Of a DNA stretch of 31,099 nt, positions 1 to 7,946 are shown in pieces. Positions within the stretch are counted from its first letter, which is position 1. Every line of letters starts with the position of its first letter. Source of the stretch: a virus. Its lineage: Duplodnaviria > Caudoviricetes. The notes beneath the pieces were generated by a model that was given only the letters and a program-made list of their open reading frames with translations, searched no databases and was not told where the DNA came from. A program made the position numbers and the translations under genes. The stretch lies in IMG/VR virus record IMGVR_UViG_3300012953_000007, positions 1 through 31,099 of that record; one strand, 5' to 3'.

Positions 1-123
1 AATTCACGTTTTGAAACCCCGTGAAATCTTAACGTTCGGGAAAACTCATTGTCTTTTTTCATATCTGATTTTTTTTGTTGTTTAATTAAAGACGCCGCGT
101 TTACACATTTCGCGGAATTGTTC
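1..123. repeat. Terminal direct repeat, copy 1 (circular assembly overlap)
   Basis: Bases 1-123 are identical to 30977-31099; the repeat cuts through genes. Confidence 0.95.
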
Positions 124-375
124 GCGGCAATCCCTATGGTTTTGTATTTCTTTTAATTCCGCGCATAACTTGTCCATTTCTGATTTCCGCATTGTTTCCA
201 ATGAATTAATCAATCTTGATTGTTCTTCACACGTGTTCAATGAATTCAAAATTAATGATTCAATAAAACCCATATATCCAAACGCGCCCGTTTCAAAAAC
301 GATCGGATCTTCTACGTCGTCCAATAAATCGTCAATGAAATTTTCTAATTCCTTATTTTGATTTTTTTGTTGCAC
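82..375 (-). CDS. Hypothetical protein (97 aa)
   Basis: ORF track; co-oriented and tightly packed; no recognisable motif. Confidence 0.7.
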   Translation of the reverse strand: MQQKNQNKELENFIDDLLDDVEDPIVFETGAFGYMGFIESLILNSLNTCEEQSRLINSLETMRKSEMDKLCAELKEIQNHRDCREQFREMCKRGVFN

Positions 376-700
376 TTTTTTTCTTGTTTGATTTTCTTGT
401 CGCTTTTTTCTTCTTGTTTAATTTGGCGGTTTCTTCAATTTCGCGATCGGAAATAATTTTCTTTTTGAAATACTCATTATTCGTGTCCATTTCGTGTTGA
501 ACATATAACGAATAAATAAACGGATCAACATTCGCGTCGGTTTGAAAAACTTTTTTGATTATTACTTTTTCCAAATTTGTTCTTTTAACGTCTTTGCGTG
601 ACATTAATTTTAATCCACGAATTACGCCGTTTGCATAACTAACGACTAAAAAAAACCCGATAAGGATTAACGCAATAATTGACAAAATGATTTTTAACAT
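353..700 (-). CDS. Hypothetical protein with N-terminal membrane anchor and basic C-terminus
   Basis: Hydrophobic N-terminus ILSIIALILIGFFLVV; Lys-rich tail. Confidence 0.75.
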   Translation of the reverse strand: MLKIILSIIALILIGFFLVVSYANGVIRGLKLMSRKDVKRTNLEKVIIKKVFQTDANVDPFIYSLYVQHEMDTNNEYFKKKIISDREIEETAKLNKKKKATRKSNKKKSATKKSK

Positions 701-718
701 AACTTTTTTTTTGATTAA

Positions 719-1183
719 TTAATTGTTTTCTTTTTTGAATTCGTCCGCCTCAACTTCTGAATAAACGCCTAACGAATAAAATTCCGTAATTTGTAACACG
801 GCACGTGCTTTTGATCTTTTTTCCGCCATTTCCAAATAATATGTCGATTGACAATTCTTGGGTTGTGCGGTTGCATACGTTGGAATTCTAACATTGCCAT
901 TTTCGGTTTCCATTGTTGCCGTGCATTTCACCGCCGCGAAATCGCGTTCACAAACAACAACTTCATAATCTAATTTAATGTTGTCGTGTGACATTATTTT
1001 TTCAATTCCCGTTCGTGTTACGATCACAAATCCGAATGTCTTGTGTTTGAAAATGTCTTCTTTGTTTAATCCGTAATGAATGAACATTTCTTTTAATCTT
1101 TCACGATTTGTTTTGGTTGTGGTTGGTGTTGATTCTGATTTTTCTTCTGATTCAACTTGATTTTGAATTTCCTTGTTTTCCAT
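719..1183 (-). CDS. Putative single-strand annealing protein (Sak/Rad52-like)
   Basis: C-terminal LEMAEKRSKARAVL...GVYSEVEADEF resembles the conserved helix of Rad52/Sak-like phage recombinases; recalled, not searched. Confidence 0.5.
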   Translation of the reverse strand: MENKEIQNQVESEEKSESTPTTTKTNRERLKEMFIHYGLNKEDIFKHKTFGFVIVTRTGIEKIMSHDNIKLDYEVVVCERDFAAVKCTATMETENGNVRIPTYATAQPKNCQSTYYLEMAEKRSKARAVLQITEFYSLGVYSEVEADEFKKENN

Positions 1184-1204
1184 AAGTTTTGTTTTTTGGT
1201 TTTA

Positions 1205-1226
1205 CAAATTTAATAAATTAGTTTCA
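1205..1226 (-). promoter_or_regulatory. Putative Bacteroidota -7 element with upstream TGAAAC box
   Basis: Minus strand TGAAACTAATTTAT-TAAATTTG upstream of 719-1183. Confidence 0.45.
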
Positions 1227-1236
1227 TATAATGCAA

Positions 1237-1500
1237 TTATTTTTCATAAATGTTTCCGCCGTAACGCGGGTTTGAATCCGCGTCAATGATTCCGTTTCCA
1301 ACAACACGCAATCCGTTTACAATGTCACCACGTGTTGCGTTTTTAATTAGACGTTCCCATTTTGCGAAATTTCGATAACCCGAATCGACACACGTTCGAA
1401 ATGAACGTTCGCCGTCATTGAAAAACAAATAATACATTGTCCCACCCGTTTTTTGTGACGGAACGGATTTTTGGTTTTTGTAATGGAATTGCTTTGTCAT
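1237..1500 (-). CDS. Hypothetical early protein (87 aa)
   Basis: ORF track; third gene downstream of the promoter at 1974-2006. Confidence 0.75.
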   Translation of the reverse strand: MTKQFHYKNQKSVPSQKTGGTMYYLFFNDGERSFRTCVDSGYRNFAKWERLIKNATRGDIVNGLRVVGNGIIDADSNPRYGGNIYEK

Positions 1501-1502
1501 AA

Positions 1503-1640
1503 TTAAATTGTTTTAATAGTTACGACACCACGCCACGTGTCCAATGAATGAACACAAACAATTCCCGTTGGCAATTTAATTGTTTCGATTATTTGATGTC
1601 TTGTAAATAGATTTTTGATTACTGATAATAAATTTTTCAT
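1503..1640 (-). CDS. Small early protein (45 aa, MKNLLSVIKNLFTRHQIIETIKLPTG...), not in ORF track
   Basis: Manually translated ATG 1640 to TAA 1503; A-rich leader AAAACAAACAAA; fills the gap between neighbours. Confidence 0.7.
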   Translation of the reverse strand: MKNLLSVIKNLFTRHQIIETIKLPTGIVCVHSLDTWRGVVTIKTI

Positions 1641-1657
1641 TTTGTTTGTTTTTTAAT

Positions 1658-1678
1658 GGGCGGGAATCACACCCGCCC
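1658..1678 (-). other. Intercistronic GC-rich hairpin with UGUGAUU loop
   Basis: Minus GGGCGGG-TGTGATT-CCCGCCC; no U-tract follows on the coding strand. Confidence 0.75.
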
Positions 1679-1686
1679 GTTTTTAA

Positions 1687-1923
1687 TTATCGTGCTATTG
1701 CTTTCGCTAAAAAAGTAAAAAAATGCATAACGTCGCCGTTGTGAAAATCGATTTTTACTAATGTATTTTTGATTTGGTTTTGTTCGTGTTGTGGTGCGAT
1801 CAAAATGTGTTCAACAACAACGCCCAATGGAATAATGTTTAATCCGCTTTTTCCTTCAACGTCAATTGTTGTGTGAATGTTTAATCCTTTTTCTTCGATT
1901 AATGTGTTGATCCAATTTTTCAT
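1687..1923 (-). CDS. Hypothetical early protein (78 aa, MKNWINTLIEEKG...)
   Basis: Start moved from 1986 to ATG 1923 because the promoter and conserved leader AACCAAAAAAAACCACATAAA lie in between. Confidence 0.8.
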   Translation of the reverse strand: MKNWINTLIEEKGLNIHTTIDVEGKSGLNIIPLGVVVEHILIAPQHEQNQIKNTLVKIDFHNGDVMHFFTFLAKAIAR

Positions 1924-1973
1924 TTTATGTGGTTTTTTTTGGTTTTCATTGAAACTTCGTGTTTCAATTATGG

Positions 1974-2006
1974 TGTAAAGATACAACTTATTTTCATTCC
2001 ACCAAA
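1974..2006 (-). promoter_or_regulatory. Early promoter 1 (Bacteroidota sigma-A type)
   Basis: Minus TTTG-GTGGAATGAAAATAAGTTG(19 nt)-TATCTTTACA; four related copies in the genome. Confidence 0.85.
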
Positions 2007-2061
2007 CTTTTTTGCATAAAAAATGAATCTTTTTTTGATTATCTGATAAGAAACAACAAAA

Positions 2062-3309
2062 TTAATTGATCAAATTGTGTGAAAATTGGCAAATCATACC
2101 TTCGTTTTCGTCCCAAATGAACGCTTCACACGCTTGAATTGCGCCCTTGTAACCCTTTAGATTATGCCACGCGTCCGTTCCGCTTAATGATCGCATATAA
2201 CGAATTACAATTCCTTTGTGTTCTTGCGTTGACATAAACTTAATTTCTTTTTTGTGATGTAAATGTCCAATGTGTATTTCGCGAAACTTTGTATTCGCCC
2301 ACAATTTCGGAACTTCTGACGCAACCAATAACGGCAAATCCGCGATTTTTTCGTTGTTCCCGTGTGTATATGAAACCAAACAATTTCCGAACTTATAATG
2401 TTTTCGCGGTGTTGGATCATTGTTAACGTCAACATTTGGGTTGTTGTGATACCAACACGATAACACGTCGCCAACATAAAATGATCGTTCCCAATCGTGG
2501 TTTCCTTGAACAACTACAACGTCAACGTGCGCAATCTTTGCCAATAAATCAATTCCTTTGATCAACAATTCCCGTCCCGCTTTGAATGTTTTTTGCCATC
2601 GGACGTCTTCATCTTGTGGCGTTCCCGCGCTTGTTTGATTCATTCGTGTATCTGAATTAAAAAAATCGTTTCCAATGGGAAAAACAATGCGTTTGATGTT
2701 ATACCCTTCTGAACGTTTAATTAATGCGTTAATTGCGCTTAAAAAACGTTTTGCGGCAATTTTAGTGTCGTAATTGTCGCCCGTTTCTAATCCCCAACAT
2801 AATTTTCCAAAATGTAAATCAAAAATGTTAATTTCTAACAATTGCCCGTTTTCAATTTTTTGATAATCAATTTTCGGGTATTTGGGCGAATAATCTTTAA
2901 TTTCTGAAATCAATTCATTTCTTAATCTTTTGAAATTAAGAATGTCATTGTGTTTTTTTAACCACGCTTTAATTTGAAATAATGGCTCAACAATGATCGT
3001 TCCTTCGATATTCGATCCGACTTCCCATTTGTTCACGACATATCGTTCGACTTCCCAAACGTCCAAATCAATTTGACAATGTTTGATCAAATCGCTAATT
3101 GTTTTAATTCTTGACGATCGCGGCGTTTCTATTATTGCGCCACTTTTGTTTTCTTCAAATGAAATTTCATTTCCCGTGTTTGCCGCTTTAACCGCTAATT
3201 GTAAAACGTGTTTTTGAATGTGCTTCGGAAATTTACGAATTTGATTAATTACGGGTTGCAATGACAAATCCCAATGTGGGCGAAATTGTTTTGGATTTTT
3301 TAATTTCAA
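2062..3309 (-). CDS. Calcineurin-like metallophosphoesterase
   Basis: Motifs DLHFG, GNDFF, GNHD, THG and GHLH in the canonical order. Confidence 0.85.
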   Translation of the reverse strand: MKLKNPKQFRPHWDLSLQPVINQIRKFPKHIQKHVLQLAVKAANTGNEISFEENKSGAIIETPRSSRIKTISDLIKHCQIDLDVWEVERYVVNKWEVGSNIEGTIIVEPLFQIKAWLKKHNDILNFKRLRNELISEIKDYSPKYPKIDYQKIENGQLLEINIFDLHFGKLCWGLETGDNYDTKIAAKRFLSAINALIKRSEGYNIKRIVFPIGNDFFNSDTRMNQTSAGTPQDEDVRWQKTFKAGRELLIKGIDLLAKIAHVDVVVVQGNHDWERSFYVGDVLSCWYHNNPNVDVNNDPTPRKHYKFGNCLVSYTHGNNEKIADLPLLVASEVPKLWANTKFREIHIGHLHHKKEIKFMSTQEHKGIVIRYMRSLSGTDAWHNLKGYKGAIQACEAFIWDENEGMICQFSHNLIN

Positions 3310-3782
3310 AACTTCAATTTTCGTTTAACAAAATAAAAGACGATCAACGCCAATAATGCAACAAACGCCCATTCCTTAATTTTTTTAGAAATTGGCGGTT
3401 GCTCAATAACAATTTGTTTGATCGGAATTTCACGATCAATGTAAATTGTGTCCCCTTCACATTCACCCGTTAAATAAATCAATGAATCCGTTTTAACATA
3501 ACGAATCGTTAATTTTTCTTTTTCGACAATAATTGTGTCGTGTTTTGTGTCAAAAACAAAAGACGTGTCAACTTCAACGCTTTGTGTTTTTATTGTGTCC
3601 GACAATCGGATCGTGTCCGTTGGTTGTATTAATTCGGGAAATTTTCTTGTTAAAACAATAATTTTTTCCGACGCCCGTTGTTTCTGACATTCGTATCGTT
3701 TAACGGGTGATTTTAACGCACAACAACCCGAAAAAAGAATTAATGATATTACTATTAATATGTTATTTTTTACAACATTCAT
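3306..3782 (-). CDS. Lipoprotein with C-terminal TM helix; putative unimolecular spanin
   Basis: From ATG 3782: MNVVKNNILIVISLILFSGC (signal plus lipobox), beta-rich body, C-terminal WAFVALLALIVFYFVKRK; follows amidase and holin. Confidence 0.65.
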   Translation of the reverse strand: MNVVKNNILIVISLILFSGCCALKSPVKRYECQKQRASEKIIVLTRKFPELIQPTDTIRLSDTIKTQSVEVDTSFVFDTKHDTIIVEKEKLTIRYVKTDSLIYLTGECEGDTIYIDREIPIKQIVIEQPPISKKIKEWAFVALLALIVFYFVKRKLKF

Positions 3783-4044
3783 TTTCCATTGGCGATCCAC
3801 TCGGACGTTTCGTTTCGCCGTATATGTAACCAATTATAAATGGTGACAATGCCGCAAAATAAGCCGCGAATTCCCCCATATCTGTTCCGTTTTCGATCCC
3901 TTTAATTCCGAAAATAAACCAACTCACGATCATTATTGTTGTAAGTAATGCGCGTTTTGATTTTAAGATCCCAAACATTGAATTGATTAATTCGTTAATT
4001 TCATTCAAAATTCCTTTTATCATTGATAGTATTGATTTTATCAT
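3763..4044 (-). CDS. Putative holin
   Basis: 93 aa with two hydrophobic segments, directly downstream of the amidase. Confidence 0.6.
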   Translation of the reverse strand: MIKSILSMIKGILNEINELINSMFGILKSKRALLTTIMIVSWFIFGIKGIENGTDMGEFAAYFAALSPFIIGYIYGETKRPSGSPMENECCKK

Positions 4045-4056
4045 AATTTTATTCTT

Positions 4057-4554
4057 TTAGTATTTTACGTTTTTCATTGGCAATCCAATTTCACGGCAAA
4101 AATCTTGCACATTAAATGACGGACACGCTTTATTTGAAAATTGATAATGTCCCGCAATTTTAATGTTTGGATTTCGCAAAATTTCGTGTTTAATGTAGAT
4201 TTCCAACGTGTATTTTTGTTCTTTTGTGCGTGTGTCTTTGGCTTTGTATTTTCCATTTGTTCTTTTGTTTTCTACTCCGCCAACATAACAAACGTGTTTT
4301 GAAACTGAATTTTTGCCACGAACACCCCACGTCATTTCTGCGTGTTCGATTTTATCGTCAAACGGATTTGTTCCGTCTGCGAAATGTAAATTGTGCAATG
4401 TTCCGTCTAATGAAATTAAATCCGAATATCCAACACGCGTCCAACCACGCCCATTTTTGCCCGTGTGCCAATCAACAATTTGTTGTGGTTTTATTTCGAC
4501 GCCTTCTTTTGTTGCCGTGCAATGAATAATTAGATATTCGTAATCTTTAGACAT
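4057..4554 (-). CDS. N-acetylmuramoyl-L-alanine amidase (Amidase_2, T7 lysozyme-like endolysin)
   Basis: IIHCTAT, GWTRVGY, VCYVGG and GHYQFSNKACPSF zinc-amidase motifs. Confidence 0.92.
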   Translation of the reverse strand: MSKDYEYLIIHCTATKEGVEIKPQQIVDWHTGKNGRGWTRVGYSDLISLDGTLHNLHFADGTNPFDDKIEHAEMTWGVRGKNSVSKHVCYVGGVENKRTNGKYKAKDTRTKEQKYTLEIYIKHEILRNPNIKIAGHYQFSNKACPSFNVQDFCREIGLPMKNVKY

Positions 4555-4579
4555 ACGGCAAAACTAAAAATTTGTTTCA
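4555..4579 (-). promoter_or_regulatory. Putative promoter giving a leaderless amidase mRNA
   Basis: Minus TGAAACAAATTTT-TAGTTTTG-CCGT-ATG. Confidence 0.55.
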
Positions 4580-4600
4580 CCTTAATAACGCAATAATTGG

Positions 4601-4768
4601 TTAACCGCTTGTTTTTAATTTAGATTTGATCGAATTTCTTTGTGAAATTAATTTGGCGGTTTCTGATTCATTTTCGCGGATTTTCTTTTTTTTCAAACGC
4701 TTATCGATCGCGTTAATTTGATTCAAAAAATCTAATCGAACTTTGTTTTTCCCGTTACGTTTTGACAT
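4601..4768 (-). CDS. Small basic protein (55 aa, MSKRNGKNKVRLDFLNQINAIDKRLKKKK...), not in ORF track
   Basis: Manually translated ATG 4768 to TAA 4601; overlaps the upstream gene's stop and fills the gap. Confidence 0.65.
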   Translation of the reverse strand: MSKRNGKNKVRLDFLNQINAIDKRLKKKKIRENESETAKLISQRNSIKSKLKTSG

Positions 4769-4946
4769 TGGAATTCCATTCTTTTAATTCTTTGATCACT
4801 TTAATAATTGTCCAAATGATCGCCACACTATACGACGCCAATTTCAAGATTAATTCAATATCTGATAAAGAAACACCCACCGCAACCGCGTTGATTGAAA
4901 TTGTCATTGGACAAATTTTTTGACAAACTGCGATTACTTTTTCCAT
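4755..4946 (-). CDS. Small membrane protein, possible holin or antiholin
   Basis: 63 aa; hydrophobic LILKLASYSVAIIWTII; near the lysis cassette. Confidence 0.55.
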   Translation of the reverse strand: MEKVIAVCQKICPMTISINAVAVGVSLSDIELILKLASYSVAIIWTIIKVIKELKEWNSNVKT

Positions 4947-4955
4947 TTCTAAATT

Positions 4956-5669
4956 TTAGTTTTTGAATATAAGATTGGCAACATATTGAATATCCGCCGT
5001 TCCGATTATTTGAATTGCGGGAATGATCATATCTTGAGCAAGTAACGGAAGATTCAAATTACTTGAAAAACAATTTGTCCCAACTTTTAATGACAACGCT
5101 TCTTGATGTAATAATGTCATTTCGCGTAAATCCGTTCCTTCTTTACAACCATTCGCCTTGAATAATGCGAAACTGATGTTTACATTGACGTTGGAATTAA
5201 TAATTCCATTGAATCCATCTAATGTTTCATTTGATTTCACAATTTTTTCGGCGGCGGTGATAATTTGTAACGGCGACAATGTAATTGTTGTCAATGCGCT
5301 TCCCGTGTCCGTTGCGTGTGAATTGTCCGAAATTCTTATTTCACGACAACCCAATTGACGAATAAAATAATTGTTCATTGCCGCTTTTTCTTTTGGTGCA
5401 ACATAATTCATACAACCGCGAAACGATTGTTCGTGCGTGTCTTGACTTGTAGCCGTTGAATTAATTGTTACGTCCCCCGTTCCACTACTTGGTGAAATTG
5501 AAATGTTTGTTCCCGCAATTATTGATGTAACACCACCCGCCGTGTCCGCCGCCCATACTAAATTTCCCGACGCGTCTTTTGTTAATTTGGTGCTATTTGC
5601 CGCAAATTCAAAACCTTTTGGAACGTGCAATTGTGCGTCGATTAGATCTTTATGTAGATTTGAACTCAT
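4956..5669 (-). CDS. Putative virion structural or short fibre protein
   Basis: GGVTSIIAGTNISISPSSGTGDVTIN fibre-like segment; downstream of head-connector genes. Confidence 0.55.
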   Translation of the reverse strand: MSSNLHKDLIDAQLHVPKGFEFAANSTKLTKDASGNLVWAADTAGGVTSIIAGTNISISPSSGTGDVTINSTATSQDTHEQSFRGCMNYVAPKEKAAMNNYFIRQLGCREIRISDNSHATDTGSALTTITLSPLQIITAAEKIVKSNETLDGFNGIINSNVNVNISFALFKANGCKEGTDLREMTLLHQEALSLKVGTNCFSSNLNLPLLAQDMIIPAIQIIGTADIQYVANLIFKN

Positions 5670-5839
5670 TATTTTTCTTTTTTTGTTGTTTGTTTTTTGT
5701 CTTTATTGTCCCATTGTGAAACACACACCGCAATTCGTTGTGTCAAATTTGGGAATTCGTCATTCATTACGTCGTTTTCAATACAACGTGAAACGAATTT
5801 GTCTTTGGTTTCTTCTTTGTTTGGCGTTGGTAATGGCAT
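5669..5839 (-). CDS. Small phage protein (56 aa, MPLPTPNKEETKDKFVSRCIENDVMNDEFPNLTQRIAVCVSQW...), not in ORF track
   Basis: Manually translated; TAATG stop-start coupling with 4956-5669; the P-P...F(V/I)SRC...EFP..QR.AVC..W pattern is recalled from small head-region phage proteins. Confidence 0.8.
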   Translation of the reverse strand: MPLPTPNKEETKDKFVSRCIENDVMNDEFPNLTQRIAVCVSQWDNKDKKQTTKKEK

Positions 5840-5842
5840 AAT

Positions 5843-6385
5843 TTAATAAATAATCATTCCGTGTTGTTTTGACACACCCGTTTTTGTATTGCCACAATCA
5901 ACCGAACTTGACGATTTGTATTCGGGAAACTCCCTTGCGTTCTTATCCAAAAATTCGATCATTGCTTGTAACATAACGTTTCCACGTCGGTATGTATCTT
6001 GTTTGTAAACGTTCAATTCTTTTGGCGTCACAACTTTTGAAAAATCGGGAATTGCCGAAACGATACCGCTTGACGTTGAATTGTCTTGTATTTCGTTTAT
6101 TACTTCAAATCTAACAAACCACGCAAACGTTGGAATTAACCATTCCGCCAAAAAATTTGTTTCTTGGGTTGTTGGTGTTCCAATCGGTGTTGAATTGAAA
6201 ATCTTTTTCAAATGCAAATAAAAATCCGATCCGATCGCTGATTTCAAATGTGCAAATTCCGCCATTTGAATCAAATTGTCACTAATTAACGCGGGATCGG
6301 TGTTTTGATTCGTAAACGCATATTGTATTGTTTGCGCGGCACTTATTAATGGATCATATCCTAAATAATTATTTTCAATTGCCAT
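5843..6385 (-). CDS. Putative head-tail connector or adaptor
   Basis: 180 aa helical protein immediately downstream of the portal; call is mainly positional. Confidence 0.55.
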   Translation of the reverse strand: MAIENNYLGYDPLISAAQTIQYAFTNQNTDPALISDNLIQMAEFAHLKSAIGSDFYLHLKKIFNSTPIGTPTTQETNFLAEWLIPTFAWFVRFEVINEIQDNSTSSGIVSAIPDFSKVVTPKELNVYKQDTYRRGNVMLQAMIEFLDKNAREFPEYKSSSSVDCGNTKTGVSKQHGMIIY

Positions 6386-6386
6386 A

Positions 6387-7628
6387 TTATTTTGATGTTT
6401 TATTAGTTAACATTTGATCGCCGAATTCCGTTGCTTCGAATCCTAACACTTCGCGTTGTTCGTTGATCGTTAAAACTTGGGACGGCACAATGTCCGACAA
6501 AAACGAAACGGGCGGCTCATATATGATTTGGAAATCGTCAATTGGTAAACTTGTATTTTCTGCAATAACACGTTGTATTTTTCCGAAAATCAATTCTTCA
6601 ACGTCTTTGATAATTGTTCCCATTACCATTTCCCACGCAACGCGAATTTCATTTCCCGTTGAACTTAATTTTCCCGAACTTACTATTCCACTCATTGCGG
6701 GTTGCCACCTATGCGCGGTAATTATATTTTGTGACGTTAACTTCTGCAACTCCATAAATGATCCGTCTTTTGTGTCACCCAATAATGTAACATTTGCGGG
6801 TGACGTGTCGCCGTTTTTAACTAAAAACAAAATCTTTGAATTGTTGTTTTTTCCCGTCCATTTTTGTTGTGCGTCTTTGACTAATTTTTCCGCTTCTTCT
6901 TCGCCCATATCGCCGTTGATTTCAACGATCGCGCTTGGCGTAAAATTGTTTTTGAATTTTGTATGATTGTAATTTTGTAATTCCCAATCTATCGCCAACC
7001 ATTCCAACGCCGCCACAAAATCGGGCAATCCGTAATAATTAAATGTCGGCTCATAATCTTTGAATTGAATTATTGCCGTGTTTTTTTCAAAATTTGGGTA
7101 AACGGGAACAACAACCGCGTCATTTTTTGACGATCCGTATTTCGCCCAATCGGGGTGAATCCAAATGTGTTCTTGATTTTTTGAAACACGACATTTTGTT
7201 GCGTCTATATGAAATAAATTGATTCCGCCTTCATATTTTACAACTTGCAAATAAGCATTTCCAAATGAATAATAATCATTCATTAATCGCCCGTAAATTT
7301 CACGCATTGAATCGCCGTCCGAATTTGCGTCACTTATAAAAGATTGCACGGCGTCCGATTCCGAATGGAATTGTTTTCCGATCGATAAAATCTTTTTTTG
7401 TCCCAAAATTGCTCGGTGTGTTGGCGATTGCCTTTGCACTTCTGCAAGAAATTGTGGAAATAAGTTATCGTCACCAAACGGAATGAACGGCGTTCTAATA
7501 CTTTTAAGATCTACGGATTCGCGGATTTTTTCGGGAACACCTAAATTGATCACGTCAAATTTTGTGAAACCCAATTTTTTTCCCGCCGTTTTAATCTTCT
7601 GCGTTGTCGTTTGTTTCTTTTTGCGCAT
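6387..7628 (-). CDS. Portal protein
   Basis: FIPFGDDNLFP, SPTHRAI, FGNAYLQV, YYGLPDF, FKNNFTPS and IITAHRW match PBSX-like portals of Bacteroidota phages; ATG 7628 preferred to GTG 7661. Confidence 0.85.
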   Translation of the reverse strand: MRKKKQTTTQKIKTAGKKLGFTKFDVINLGVPEKIRESVDLKSIRTPFIPFGDDNLFPQFLAEVQRQSPTHRAILGQKKILSIGKQFHSESDAVQSFISDANSDGDSMREIYGRLMNDYYSFGNAYLQVVKYEGGINLFHIDATKCRVSKNQEHIWIHPDWAKYGSSKNDAVVVPVYPNFEKNTAIIQFKDYEPTFNYYGLPDFVAALEWLAIDWELQNYNHTKFKNNFTPSAIVEINGDMGEEEAEKLVKDAQQKWTGKNNNSKILFLVKNGDTSPANVTLLGDTKDGSFMELQKLTSQNIITAHRWQPAMSGIVSSGKLSSTGNEIRVAWEMVMGTIIKDVEELIFGKIQRVIAENTSLPIDDFQIIYEPPVSFLSDIVPSQVLTINEQREVLGFEATEFGDQMLTNKTSK

Positions 7629-7794
7629 TTTTAGGTGATTTTTTAGATTCTTTTGTTTCACTTACATATTCGAATCCGTCTTTGAATAATTTTTTTAATG
7701 TCTTTTGATCAACGGAATGTGTTTCGTATTTCGTCCCGTTATATCTAAAACTTTTCGCACCCGCAACGTCTTTGTGTAATTTATATTTTGCCAT
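7591..7794 (-). CDS. Small hypothetical protein in the head region
   Basis: ORF track, 67 aa, A-rich leader. Confidence 0.7.
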   Translation of the reverse strand: MAKYKLHKDVAGAKSFRYNGTKYETHSVDQKTLKKLFKDGFEYVSETKESKKSPKNAQKETNDNAED

Positions 7795-7856
7795 TATTTC
7801 TTAATTTTTTGTTTTGTTAAAAATACAAAATAATTGTATTTCTTCGAACTTATTTC

Positions 7857-7892
7857 AAAAAAAATTGGGAACACGTTTATATGTCCCCAATT
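7857..7892 (-). terminator. Rho-independent terminator after capsid and major tail genes
   Basis: Minus AATTGGGGACA-TATAAACG-TGTTCCCAATT followed by a T-run. Confidence 0.75.
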
Positions 7893-7946
7893 AATTTGAA
7901 TTCAAACAATTTTGAATAAAACGCTATATTCTTAATGTGTTAAGAA

